Shown here piece after piece: positions 48,881 to 61,900 of a DNA stretch of 64,000 nucleotides; the first letter of the stretch is position 1, and each line of letters starts with the position of its first letter. The position numbers were made by a program, and so were the translations under genes. The DNA is taken from positions 24,862,001 to 24,926,000 of the forward strand of contig CM022671.1 of NCBI GenBank assembly GCA_012295275.1. The letters are read 5' to 3'. The notes under the pieces are model-generated. The model was given only the letters and a program-made list of their open reading frames with translations, was not told the DNA's origin and searched no databases. This DNA comes from Chrysomallon squamiferum. Its lineage: Eukaryota > Animalia > Mollusca.

Positions 48881-51800
48881 TACTATTATTACTGTAAGTA
48901 ATTGTTTGATGTATGTAATAACAGTTTCGTAACAACCAACTTCGTATGTGAAATGCTACGTCTATCATCAAGAAAACCACCAGAATAAAAAATGTATTAC
49001 GTTTTGAACAGCGTGCTTTTCATTTAATTATTCTCTACGAGTGTAACTAAGATGTTTATGAAACAGCAAGATTGTAACTAAGATCTTGATCTAATGGCAA
49101 GAGTGTATAACGATGCCGATAAAACATCCTGATATAACAACGCAACATAATAGATAGACAGACAAACAAACAGATAGTTGGATGAATAGATAGATGGATT
49201 GATAAGTATGCGGACACACACACACACACACACACAGATATATATATTGAACGGTAGAAAAAGTATCTATAGGCTGAGTAAGCAGTAATGCGAGCTGGTT
49301 CTGAATACACCTTTGAGTGTAATAAATTAGAATGTGCATTTAAAGATGCTAAAAATTTTTACTATGAAATCAGCTAAGTGTAATTTTTGTTCATTACACC
49401 CTGTTATACATTATCCGAAATACCTTTATATTTCAGTTATAATTTTACAGATTACTAAATTATTATCTTTTTTCCCCATTGCTAATATTTATTGATTTTA
49501 TATATATATAATATAAAGAAAATAACAAAACAAAACAAAAATTCAAAAAAATTCGAGGCACTGATTTCAAAGTCCTGACCAGCTATTATTAATTTGTTAT
49601 GAACAAAACTGTATCTGATCCTGATGTCTAATTCGAATTCCTTGTAGAACAAAAGAACAATCTATACAGTCGTTAGCACTGTCAACAACAGCTCGCAGTT
49701 TTGCAACTGCGATCTCTTCTTAAACAATGATGGCAGTTTGCACGTAATTAGGCTTCCGCATGAGATGAAATGATTGACCTTCTGTGAAGGCTTAATAAAG
49801 AATGATGATATGATTCTTGATGTTGCTATAACAAGAAAATTATTAGTGTCTATTGATACGTATGTGAATTCACTGATTTATATTTGACGTTTTGCGTTGT
49901 CTAATGGAATTCGTTATAGTGGCAGAGTGACTCAAGAAAAACGACAAAATATCGAACTTTCAGTGCAGTCTAACGTGAAATTAATAGAAAAGTAGTTTTC
50001 ATGAAATCCACTGTGCTGACAGAAACATTTAGCTATGCTATATAAAATGTGGTGACCACTACCGGCAATTGTACGAAAACAAAAAATTTGGCAGAGACAG
50101 GCAAATTAAAAAATCTGAATGGATTGTCGATACACACAAACTTTCATACACTGACGTGTTAAGACACGGATCATTTTCAAGACACTTCAGAGTTTCAATG
50201 ACTGCATCATAACATGTTCCTGTAAAGGCGTTGTGATGGAAGTGTAAGCATATTCATACGCACATGCATGTTTGCATACATAAATAAATATATATATATA
50301 GATACATACATACATACATATATATACACACACACGTATGTACATACGTACATACATACATACACACATTCGTACACACTTACATTCTTGGACAAAGTAA
50401 TACAAATGCATATTGCAGAATGAATTAGTCAAGACAAGAAATATTACAGTGGAACATTAAAACACTAACACACTCAGAGTTACACAGGGAAACGCGGAGA
50501 CTGAAACTGAGGCTATTAAAAAGAAGCAATTAATCAACAATGGAAACGTAGATTAGGATCCTTTTCACAGATTAATGCGAAATAACAAGAGCGGTAAATA
50601 TACACAGTTAATATTTCACTTCTTGATTTTAAAAAACAGCCGAACAGTACGATACATTTCTGCTATTTCCTGCAGGCAATGTTTGCTCGACGAAACATAT
50701 ATTTAACCAACAAAGTTAAAAACAGAGACACATAAATATTTTTACGCAAAACGTATCTGAAATTCATGGCTAAAAGCTTTGTATTGATTTTAAAAATATT
50801 TGAAATAAATCCATATATTAACGTTATAAATGTGTCATCCAGTTTCTAGTTGTCGTTTTTAGTGACATTAGTGGTGATTTTGGTGCACATTCTGAAAGAC
50901 TGTTCACATTATCTAAATAAGTTGACAACTCAGCATCTGGAAAGTACTAAAATAATCAGGTTGCACTGTTGAGGAGAAAACAAAAAATTTGAAATGCTTT
51001 GTTGTTCATCACATAACCCGTGAATTCACCTGGGCCTTATTTCTGGAATTAAAATGTAATCATTTCAGAAGAAAACTCACCAGAAGATGTTAATTTTCCC
51101 TCCGATTTAATTAATATCTGCTCTTTCGTTGTTGTTGTTGTGTTATGGATTGTTGAAATTAATCCTTTTTATTGATGATTTTTATTTCATACATTTTTCA
51201 ATTTGAATTGTATAGATTTTTTGGGGAATTGTTTTTTTTTTTTTTAAATTGGTAATTATAATTTTTGCCTTGAAAGACACAGAATTCTTAATATGCAATA
51301 GTTTAAGTTTTTATTTTCAATTTACTCTCTTTCGTATATTTTCAGTTATGTTCAGAACGTTAAAAAAATAAATAAATAAATAAATGAAGAAGAAAATAAT
51401 TAGTTTTTAATTCATTTGAGTTACCTATGTTTGATCTGATCTTTAAGTTTCTTTCTGTATGGTAATTATATAATTTTAATTACAATTTAATTATCATGAT
51501 CGTCGTGTCTTTGACTGGTAAATAATTTTCGATAATTTTCATATCATCATCTGTTGAAGGACTGATCTAAATACAGACCATTAGACACGAAGATTTAACC
51601 ATGTGATCATTTGTCAAACGTTAATACGTTACCACCACGTTAGAAATTCATTGTTTTCACTGAAGTTTCTGGTAACTGTCATGTAACGAACCATTTCTCA
51701 TGTTAGCATTTGTTTTCAAGCTGAATTTTATTAGCAACGGAGGGACGATAGAGTGCTTACATTTATTGTTTTAGTTCATTTGAAGTGTACAATAATTTAA

Positions 51801-52419
51801 AATTAATAATTGTAATTATAATATCCATGCGTAAAAACAGAATCTGAGATGAGAGTAGCTTTAATAATTATAAAGTAATGTCTCCTTTATGAGTATCTAA
51901 AGCCAATAATTAAACATATAATACCAAATTTATAAACAAAGATATAATATCAAATCAATATGTAATAAAATAAACAAGAAACTTGGTGAATGTCGATAGT
52001 GTTCGTATACTTACTAGTCGAGATCAAATGCCAGTTCATTTTCTAAATTATCCTATTTCTTTAAAAAAACAGTCAACAGTCTAACAAAGAAAAGGAATCA
52101 GTTTTAATATATCAGCTGAAAAAGAAAAGAAAGCGGCCATGACATGATGTACATGTACTTGTAATATTATCTACCCTTTCACAACAGCAGATAAATATAA
52201 TTAAACTATCTTTCACTATGAAATTCAAAACACAGAAAGGTAAAGTCATTTTTATTTTATTTGTTAATTTTCTGGTCAGCCGTCGCTGAAGTATAAATGT
52301 AAAAACGATTTTTGAGGTTTATATTTATAGAAACACTACCAATTAGTTTGTTGTCTAAGTTGTCTTAATAAAAAAATCCGAATCCGAATTTTTTTTATTT
52401 TTATTTATTTATAAATAAT

Positions 52420-53160
52420 CTTGATGGTGAAAGAGTCCGAGCTTGTCTTGAGGAAGTGCGTTGTCTGGGTTTCATAATTACTTCCGTGAACACAGTACTA
52501 GCTGAAACAAAATATCGCAAAACAACTATTCTGGTTGGTTTATTCCCGAATCTGGCAGTGAGATTATAACACATATTAACTGGACACGCCAGTTGTTCCA
52601 TTTCTTGCAGTTTATTTCTCACCCTTACTAATTGGTGTTCCGTCACCTTAATTGATATACTTTTGTTAAACAGTATTTTGTCAGCAATTCTGTAACACTT
52701 TACACACGAAATGTCCCAGAAAGCACTCCACCGCAAGCTGAAAAATAGGAAGACGTGTCCCGGGTACAAGTGACGTACTCCAATCCCAGCTGGAAGAGCT
52801 TGTGCTTGTCTTAAGGTAGTATTTCCTGTCTCCAAATTTGACTGAGATAATAACATTAATTTCATGTCTCCAAACATTAATTTTCTTACAATCTCTATTC
52901 CGGCTCACCTCTGCTCCTCACTGCTCATTAAGGTTAATCTCGTTAATCGCCTCTTCTGTTCTTCACACATCTCATTATCCCCATGCGTCTGAATTGACCT
53001 TAATTGCTTACGCCAGTTTTCCCATTTCTAGAAGCGGATTACAACACCTCACCGCTTACCTAATCTGGAGGCTGCTAGTTTTGGGAACATACCTTCTCGT
53101 TTTAGGTCCTATCAGCAAAACCATTCTCGCTCGTCTAGGCTTTCATTTTGAATAGAAAAT
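52420..53160 (-). mobile_element. Possible decayed non-LTR retrotransposon ORF1 (gag-knuckle-like) fragment
   Basis: GC-richer, stop-interrupted coding-like block (KFGDRKYYLK, GHFVCK, ACPVNMCYN); a ~63-bp piece recurs at ~48570-48633, so it is a dispersed repeat. Confidence 0.3.
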
Positions 53161-54017
53161 AGGCGCCAGGATCGAGACTAACAAAAACGGTGAAAAGTGT
53201 TCAAAAAAAAAAAAAAAAAAAAAAATTGTAAACTAAGAATTATATTTATATTTTTATTTTTCTTTATTTTCACTGAAAAACATCCGAAAACCAACAAATA
53301 AAGTAAGCTTGGCCTAAAACAGTAATCTCAAGATAAACAAATCGTTACACTGACTGTATATTTACTAGAGAACGGTAACCATTAAATCTGCGTACTACAG
53401 GACAACCAATAAAAAACAAATAAAGTAATAAAATATAATAAATCTCCAAAATACTTTTTATAATGTAATTTTGTTTTTATTACATTATTATAACAAAAAC
53501 ATCAAAACTAACAATGTATCCCAGCAACTGTCGTCTAAGTGTCTGCTTTTAATCATACCACACAAACATGCATGCTGTAGATAATTAAAAAAAAAAAATC
53601 ACGTAAATCGACAGTAACATGTATACGTTTTCACGTCTGTCTACTAATCGAATGCTTTCTTCTTCTGGCCGATAGGAATTGTGTAGTACTGACTGACAGT
53701 CATCGAAAATGAACGAAATCATTTTAAGTCTGGAAAAAAGGTGGTCCATGAATTTATTATCAAGCATAAGTGTACGGTCGATGGAAATATACTGTGTACT
53801 TTACTTATATAAAGAAGATCAAAGTTTCTAGAAACACAGAAAGAAAGGAAAGTTTTAAAAGGATCTCAGTATAAAATCATAAAACTATATATGTATAAAT
53901 AAAATAGTTGAAAAGTGTGAAACTAACTGTAAAAACTTAATTTAGCGTTTACTAGTTTTCACTGAAGACGCCATACAAAGCTTTTTACTGCAGTAATCCT
54001 AATTTAACTTTATCGTC

Positions 54018-54570
54018 ATGAATAACAACTTTTTCAAATTCTGGATATGTTTTATTCGTGACTGGTTCGATCTGTCTGGGGAATTTCGAACAATTGGTTC
54101 ATACTGTTGATACCTTTTCAAATCCAGGATGTGTTATGACATTATTGGAAGATTCATGGTGAACGAAGTTTTGGCTGACATAGGCATAAACATAAGAATC
54201 GCCTCAGTTCTCACCGTTGACACGACGAATAGCTGGCAACTAAAAATTATATTAACTCTTGGTTACGCTTTCCCAGTCATTAAATGTTTTTCACTATTTT
54301 TATAATACATATCTTGTCTCAATTACCTTTTCGCATTGTACGTGCTTTGCACATAAAATATATGGTCATCAGTATCGTCCTTAATTTTCATTCACTGATT
54401 TACCCTCTGATGAATGTTTTTTGTGTACTTAACGCTGATGCGAAATTTCAGAAACGCTGCAAAGAAACTTTGTTGTGGGTTTCGCAAAAGCGACGAAACA
54501 GGCGACAATAAAAAGTATCAAGATAGAAGGAGAAGGAAGCTGGAAACCGCTATACGCTTCTAACAGTTGA
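54018..54570 (+). pseudogene. Degraded 7TM receptor copy C2
   Basis: Homologous to C1 (FKSRMCYDIIGRFMVNEVLADIGINI; HILSQLPFRIVRALHI; YPLMNVF); several frameshifts and a ~370-bp deletion from TM3 to TM6; upstream ~330 bp aligns with C1 upstream. Confidence 0.88.
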
Positions 54571-56452
54571 GTGCTAAGCAAACTGTCATTGCAGAACACT
54601 ACTACTATTATTATTACTACTACTACTACTACAACTACTATAACCACTAGTATTATTACTACTACTACTACAAATAATAATAATAAAAATACGATCTACA
54701 GGTTAAAACTATTTTGTTGCCTGTATTTTTCATCAATAATATAATGATATCAGAGAAAAATCCAGACTGACGAAATGATGGACAATAATGGCCATGTTAG
54801 ATTTTCTTTTACTCGTAATTTCGACGCATGAACTATGCTTCACTCTACGAACTGTGCTTCACTGTATAAACTACGTTTCTAATACGTATAGTAATAGTAT
54901 TTGTTAAGAATAACGCACTGCAGGTAATCTAGAAAATTCTTTGTCAACACGTACCAATAAAAAATAAAACATTTTCTAATATATAATTTGATCTGCTTTA
55001 ATATTCCATGTCTTAAAAGATTGCATTTCACTCTTTGTAATTTCTGTGTACATAAACAGATTATTTATATTTATACGTTTTCATGGTGATTGTTTTGAGT
55101 ATATTAATGATTCGTAATGTGTTCTTTGTTGTGTTTTGTCTCATTAAGAAACTCATTAAGAGACAGTACAATTTAACAGTTCTGGCAAATGTATTTTTAC
55201 ACAGCATTGCAAACAAAGAATATCTATTAAAATTGTGATGGTGCACAGGAGAATCAGGGATATTGGACATATTTGAAAAATTATGTTACTATTTTGCTAA
55301 ATGAAGAAAAAAAGAAAGAAAGAAAGAAAAAAAAAACAAGTAACAAACGGAGTTCACTTGTCATATTTAAATCTGATGATATGCAACTTTGAGTCGTTGT
55401 ACAATCGATCACTTCATTTGCGGGAAATGAACTTCAACGTTTTAATAAATGTAACTAAAGATCCACAGTTTTGCCCAGTCAATGTTTAGTATCAAAATAA
55501 ACAGCAATATTCCACAGAAATGAAATAAACCATTCATTAATTACATATATTGTAATTTCTTCTAAATAAAATGTGCATATAAAGTAAGAAATGTTGCATG
55601 TTATCACATGTTACTTCAGAATTACGCAGACTTTCAGTTGGAGAATAATAACAATACATTTTCTTTTTTAAAATTAAATTTTCTAATCTCTAAATAGATC
55701 ATTTTTTATTTGCTTCAGTGGAGGTTTTGCTTTGTAGCGTCAAAACATGCACCGGTTAGGCACATTTTCACACTTTTTAAACACAAATCTATGACATTTG
55801 CATGTTGACTGTAGCAAATCTGTGCAAAACTTGGTGATAACAATATTTTTCTAACGAGGCAATGTCAATAAAAACCAGTCTGACATTGCAACATATCTTT
55901 ATTATGCGATTTCAAAATACAATTTTTGTTTTTAAAAGCTTTAGTCAATACTTAAGTGTTCTAACAATATATGACACATTTCTGCCAAGTTCAGAAAAAA
56001 TTTGTTTCTTGCCCTTCTTTTAACACTTAAAATTTTCTTACAGATACGGATTAACCTTTACAACAACATCTGAGCAGGATGAAAACCGAAACTCAAAACA
56101 GTAGAAACATACGTTTTAGTATTAAGTGACATTCTACAACATAAACTGAAATTACGACACTTATATTTCTCACACTAAGAGAAGATTACTATTTTGTAAA
56201 TTTACCATTAAAATTTACTGTTAATCTAAGTTAGATCAAACAGTCAACAACTTTATAAAACTCATTATTATAAACCCATTTTGCACTACAGTAAATTTGT
56301 CACTGTTTCTAAATACAACAGTTTTAGTCTTTAAGTAATAAGACTGAAATTCCGTTCAGTACTATATGTCTGCAAAGTGTCAAACGATTTTTTATTTTAT
56401 TTTTTATATACTGTAAAGCAATAAGTTATTATGTATTTTTATTTTTCAGTCG

Positions 56453-56483
<31 letters not shown>

Positions 56484-56524
56484 GTACTGTATAGTTTAGG
56501 TAAGAAGATGTAAGGTCACCCACA

Positions 56525-56559
<35 letters not shown>

Positions 56560-57001
56560 TGAAGACATTCATTTTCATAGCTGGAATTCAGTAAAAAAAT
56601 TCTTTTTATCTAATAAACTGTTTTCAAAATATTTCTTAAAATAATAATAATTCATATATTTGGCATAAGAAGACTATTAGAAGCATGTAAACAAACAGCT
56701 AGATACAAATAAAATAAGACATCCATGCAAGTTACATAAACTATGCAAAATACTAGAATCCTGAATCCGCCCATTCGATGTCATTATTTACAAAGCAAAG
56801 AAATAATGGGAGTTTAAAAATATATATTATAACTACTTCTTCTTCTGCTGCTGCTACTACTACTGCTACTACTACTACTGCTACTACTGGTACTACTACT
56901 ACTACTATTATTAATCTTATTATTATTATTATTTTTATTATTATTATTATTATCATTGCTACTATTACTGCTACTATTACTACGATTATTACTGTTCAAA
57001 G

Positions 57002-57153
57002 GTCTATCTACGGGAAAAAGCGCCTACGGCACATCCAGAAATTGACAAAACATCTACCCATCCAAATTCAGATAGTCTTACTACAAAACCAGCTCAGAAA
57101 TATCAGTCAGGTTTTAACAGAAAGTGCTCAGTTCACCCTCTCACTCCTTTAAA
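57002..57153 (+). CDS. Candidate isolated coding exon, unknown product
   Basis: AAG|...|GTAATT boundaries; higher complexity than the flanks; open frame VYLREKAPTAHPEIDKTSTHPNSDSLTTKPAQKYQSGFNRKCSVHPLTPL. Confidence 0.3.
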
Positions 57154-58109
57154 GTAATTCGCATAGTATGCGACGTACTTCCAATATCTCAGATATGACA
57201 CTGTTATTACTACTTCATTTGCCGCTACTTCTACTACTTTTTCTACTTCTAACAATAACAGTAATACTCATGGCATTAACAGAGGTATTAAAAGCAGAGA
57301 TGATGATTAGATTGTGCTGAAGTATCTTATACCAGCTAAAATAGTAACGTATATTTCAGTGGTTTCAGTTAGATTATGTAAGTACTAAAGTGTTTTAACA
57401 AAACTTCTAAAAAAAAAAAACCCCAAAACTGAGTCATATATGTATTGGTTTTGACTAATATTTATTACGTTGCTATTATATTTAAAAACATTTAATCATT
57501 AATATGAAATATTTAAAAATGACATTCAAAATACAAATGTGTGTAGAAATTGGTTATATCGACAGAAAACATCTAAGGATATATGAAATATCTCAAATTC
57601 AAATAAGAGAAAATGGCTACAAGAGAAAACGAAAAGGAAAATGAACAACATCAATCAATAAAAAAAAAGGCTTGAGTTTTCTTTCATCATTCATTGTTCA
57701 AAAGATTTTAATATGTTCTTAATATTAATACTTAAAATTTTTTATTTCTTATGTAGGTTTTGCTTATTAAATCCTGTAGATTGATTTGGTAAAGACCTTT
57801 ACAGTTGATAAGTGTATTTTGTATTGTGTTTTCCTGCTGTAATCTGCAATGTGTTTCACATTTGTGAAGATTAATCAAGTTGTTTTTTTTATTCGAGGAA
57901 ATGTTGTGGAAAAAAAACGTAAAAAGAAACTGTTTTCGGCATTCAATAGAATGTCAAAAATTAAAAATACAATATTAAAAAATAATTTCGTGAAGAAAAC
58001 ATCAAAATCCATAGAATAAAAAAGAAACACAACTCGATTTTGTGATTATTATTGTAGATGTTTTTTTATTATTGTATAATTATTTAGATAAGTAGCAATT
58101 AGTGTTTGT

Positions 58110-58168
<59 letters not shown>

Positions 58169-58202
58169 TCTATTTATTTATTTATTTATTTATTATTATT
58201 AC

Positions 58203-58259
<57 letters not shown>

Positions 58260-58691
58260 ATATTTATTGACAAAAACCCTTTAAAAATAATAGAATAATA
58301 ATAAGAAGAAGAACAATAACAATAATAATAATAAAAAAAGTACATCGCAATAGTGAGAGACAGAAAGAAAGAGGGAAGGAATGAAAACGCTACTGCAGTA
58401 TTAACAGAGTCAGTATGAAAGACCAACAATATTTGTAACGGATGTTAATGATGCTAAATAGTTTTAATAAATTTAATTATCATCGTCTTCATAACTATTT
58501 GTGAAAATCGATATTTTATTGAATATCAAATAAATATTTCGTAATATTTCGTTCAAGCAAAAGAAAACCAAAAAAAAACACACCCAACAACAACGTGTAT
58601 GTGTATATATATAAACACAAATATATATGTATGTGTATGTATGTATGTATGTATGTATGTATGTATGTATGTATGTATGTATGTATGTATG

Positions 58692-58726
<35 letters not shown>

Positions 58727-58924
58727 GTCAGATGCAGCAGATACCTGAAAATAAACTCTTATATTTTGAATTAAATCTGACGGTAGACCTGAAGACTACA
58801 TATGGCGAGACAAATAAAATAAAATATAATTATGACCACTTTTTAGTTATTATTGTAGTGTTTTTATCTCTTAACTACGACAAAATAATAATAATAATAA
58901 TAATAATAATACAGAACACCTGAA

Positions 58925-58980
58925 CGCCGCCATTTTTTCTTTTATCACCTGGAATAGTGACGTCATTTCGTTATTGGCGG
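58925..58980 (-). promoter_or_regulatory. Promoter-like motif cluster: YY1-type AAAATGGCGGCG, palindromic CRE TGACGTCA, CCAAT
   Basis: CGCCGCCATTTT 58925-58936, TGACGTCA 58958-58965 and ATTGG 58973-58977 within ~55 bp of otherwise CpG-poor DNA. Confidence 0.45.
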
Positions 58981-61900
58981 GCTGATATGTTTGGATTACT
59001 GACAACACTAGAGCAAAATCTTCCCACCAAACCGATGACGCCAGAAAAAAATGAAAAAAAAAAAATGAGGAAAGCTTTTCCTCTGAATAAAAAATAAAAC
59101 ACAAACAAACTCTCTCTTTGTATCACCAAAATGACACTTTAATCAAATATAAAAGATCCGGCAGAAAAGATATAATGGTAAAAGAAGGAAAAAGAAACTA
59201 GATAATATCGATATTGCAAGAACCGTAACTCTGTATTTACCAGCCGCACGGAATAACCGAAACAGACAGGCGACTTTAAGTTAAGCCGCCTTATACAATA
59301 TTGTAGTGTGTTGAATTTTTTAATTTTTTATTTTAAAATAATTAAAATTATCAGAATATATTAAAACAAAGGCTATAGCTACAGAAAAGAGCGCTTGTGG
59401 AAAACACTGAAATTGCGCTCCTGCCTTTCGAAACATCTGAATCTTCTCTTTCAGACGGTCAAACTCTGTTAGTACATAACTAACTACAAGTCAAGTTCGT
59501 TGACCTTTTTATTAACAAATTAGAACATTACATGAGAACTGTAACCGCACGTTCTTCCTTAAATAATTAAGAAAGAAAAATAGAGGATACCATCGTATCT
59601 ATGACATTTTATAATCGCATATGGCTGTTTTATAAAATCGTATTATTGATAATGTAGTTTATTTTCATTTTTGTTTTCTTGCAAAGGAATGTGTTTTCCG
59701 GTTTCATGTAAATCCAGTTATACATCGTGCGTAATGTCTGTAATTTTAAATTGTAAATTAAATTACACAAATTACTCTCGCATACTGCCTTTTATTCTTC
59801 TTCTTCCATTGTTAATCGTTTTTTTTTTTTTTTTTATGTTGTTGTTTTTTTAAATATCGTTTCTTTTTCATTGCTTTTCTTTCATAAATAATGAATTATA
59901 AATTATTAGGACGGTTTCAGATCGTTCAGGCCAGCCAAGCTTCTGTGAATATAATTTTTCACATTTCTTACGACTGAAAAAAAAACTATGCTTTGTTTAA
60001 AAAGTATTTGAGTAAAAACATTACAGACAAAATCAGTAAGAAAACGCTGCATTAAAAATGACAAAATAACCCCAAAAATAATAATAAAAAAAAGATTAAA
60101 AAGGAAATTATTTCTTCTTACATTTTGTTTTTCAAAGATACTGTCTCTTTTTTATGCTGCTCTGAAGACATTGTGTTGGTAATATTCGTATATACATAAA
60201 CACACTCCTACATATATACATACATTTAATAAATGTGTTTCGGAGACTCTTTCGGTGTTTACATTTTTGTATACAATATCAGTAAATGTATTTTGGAAGT
60301 AAAGGGAAACAAATCCAGTTAACTTCAGCACTGATACTCAATCCTGAATCCACTGACAATCTTAAGGAATGGCCGGTTTGGCAGGTATTCGAGACGCCAG
60401 TTGAACACTAGATCACTGAGCAGCGTCTATTAAAATGAGACAATTCATCCTCCGTGGAGAGCAAAAACAATCGTTTCTTAAAATGTATTATCTGTTTTTC
60501 ATGATTATCACGAGCGAGAAGCTCTGGAACGGACAGATAAAAAGAATTATATAAACTGTTGCGTAATAATACTGAACTAGCAGATACCTCAGACTGCCAC
60601 TGAAAGCGATGTCTTTGGTTAGAGCATCATAAATCGCTATGCTTCAGTGAAAGCAACAACGTGCTGTTATAGATTTCCCCGTAATTATCTAACTGGTTAA
60701 TACAAAGATAAACGAACTTCAGTGCAATTTCAGTGTGTTTACCTTTAGAAAAAGCCGTTCTCTGAATATGTTCTGTTAAAATAATTATTTTAAAATGAAA
60801 ACTGAAACTTTCTGTAGCCTGTAATATTTTATAAGGCGGGTTAACGTGAGATTGACGACTTATTTCGGTTATTCCTTGCGGCTAGTAAATACAGAGTTGC
60901 GGTTCTTGCATTATCACATTTGCAAATAAATGTAACTTAAAACAATAATTTTAAGCGTAGACAGTGATGGTGTATCTATTCATTTGACATTATATTCCAT
61001 TTAGTATTGCTGATTTATAGTATAGTATAGTATAGTATAGTATAGTATAGTATAGTGTAGTATAGTATAGTATATATATATATATTTATATTTATATTAT
61101 GTTGTTGTTGTTGTTATCTACTATTCTTGGAGAGTTTTTGTCATTAAATATTTTAATAATAATAATAATAATATTAATAATAATAATGATAATGATAATA
61201 ATAATGACAGCAACAACAACAACAATAATAATAAGATCCAGTTGTTTTCTTTTTTCTTGTACGGATTTTAATAATTTTTTGATAATTATTTTCTAATATT
61301 GCATTTTTAATTTTTAACAGTTTTACTGAATGTCGACATCAATTTATTTTTGTGTTTTTGTCACAACATTTCCTCGAATAAAGAAAGCAACTTGATTAAT
61401 CTTCACAAATGAGAAACACACTGCATTTTACAGCGGAAAAACACAATACACTTATAATCAACTGTCTGTACAGTATTGGAAAAACATTTTTTAATTTTAA
61501 TAAATGTAAAGGTATTTACCAAATCACAATTTAATAAGAAAAACCTACAGAGGAATATAAGAATGTTTAAGTATTAATATTAAGAACATATTGAAATTTT
61601 CTGAAGAATGAACGATGAAAGAAACCTGCAGCCTTTTTCTCTTTATCGATTTACGCTGTTCATTGTTCTTTTCGTTTTTTTGTTCTAACCATTTATTTGA
61701 ATTTCGTTTTCGTTGTCATCTATTTATTTTATTTATTTGAGCTGTCTGTCACAGGATATTCAAGATATTCCTTATATCCTTAGATGTCTTCTGTCGATGT
61801 AACTAATTTTTACACACATTTGTATTTTGAATGTAATCTATATTTTTTATTGGATATAGTATATGATTAAAAGTTTTTAGATATAACAGCAATATAATAA

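Noticed and set aside
56068-56105. Hammerhead-ribozyme-like CTGAGCA-GG..CC-GAAAC in the identical core (also CTGATGGACGAAAC near 45394)
   Set aside because: Catalytic core deviates from CUGANGA and the flanking stems could not be formed by eye
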